Positions 59,811-64,000 of a stretch of DNA of 64,000 bases are shown in pieces (within the stretch, counting starts at the first letter, position 1; every line of letters starts with the position of its first letter). The DNA is taken from assembly GCF_009914755.1 (NCBI RefSeq), contig NC_060934.1; one strand, given 5' to 3'. The position numbers were made by a program, and so were the translations under genes. The stretch comes from the human T2T-CHM13v2.0 reference genome, Homo sapiens. The notes under the pieces were generated by a model. That model did not search any database. It saw nothing but the letters and a program-made list of their open reading frames with translations, and was not told the DNA's origin.

Positions 59811-60599
59811 CAAATGTACATTTTACCCATTGAAACAATACTGTTAAACTTTTCAGTTTAATGCCACAGGCAAAAGAGATTGCTAGAGAGGTCATTCTAC
59901 TATGTTACCATCTTTTATCTACATCTTTAATACAGTGGGATACGTTAAAGTTGGTGACATAACACTTTACTAAATGCACGTCTTAAAAAGTTTAAAACCA
60001 TTTCGTTTAATTTAAAAGTTAAGTTATCACAGTCTTATAAAAGAATTTTAAAATTCCCTACATTTTATTACATAAAAGTACAATTGGTAAAACAATTTAC
60101 TACTAAAACTCAAAGTTTTCCTCTCACTATAATGCAGAATATTACTCTAAACACATAACTCATGCATCACATGAACAATGTTAAAAGTCAGCCATAAAGA
60201 GCCTCTCCAATCAGATTTTCATTATCATCTTACATTTTAATATCCTTACTCTTCCATGGAAAAATTAATGAATGATGCCTACCTAATAAGAAAGGAATCT
60301 CTCAGATTTCTGATGCAACAGAAATTGATGACATGCTTTTACACAAACAACAGGAAAAAAGGAACAGCATGAAGCAATTTTACAGTTGAATTACCTACTT
60401 GCTTTTCAAAAAACTTACACTTTTTTCAAGGAAAAACGTATACCTTGAATGTAATTTTAACTCTCCAAAAAATAACCTTCCACTCCTCTTAAACTTATAT
60501 ACAAATAAATTATCCAACAGTTTTAGCTTTGGATTACTTTCTTTACAGAACATTCTGATTTAGTGTAACGTCTTAAGTGCCAGTGCCTTAGTTCTCCCT

Positions 60600-63998
<3,399 letters not shown>

Positions 63999-64000
63999 CC

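Overview
This is primate (very probably human) pericentromeric or acrocentric-type DNA, not prokaryotic, and I see no intact protein-coding gene. It has four parts. (1) 1-20680: a duplicated euchromatin-like block carrying the terminal exon of an SLC9B1 (NHEDC1) copy, a 5'-complete processed PABPC1 pseudogene split by a solo LTR, an old ERVL pol relic interrupted by Alu, L1 and THE1D insertions, and many Alus including a young AluYg6. (2) 20681-47266: a 26.6-kb diverged human satellite III (CATTC)n array in a single orientation with local higher-order duplications. (3) 47267-48501: a 1.2-kb alpha-satellite island with two perfect CENP-B boxes and a 3-monomer periodicity. (4) 48502-64000: a second duplicated block with L1s, MER30, a truncated VN1R vomeronasal receptor pseudogene and the zinc-finger exon of a ZNF91-family (ZNF355P-like) pseudogene. 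Both outer satellite junctions fall inside truncated Alus. I found no evidence of a new biological system; the interesting signals are structural and evolutionary. Family and gene names come from remembered consensus and protein sequences, not from searches. Nearly all ORFs in the track are repeat artefacts.
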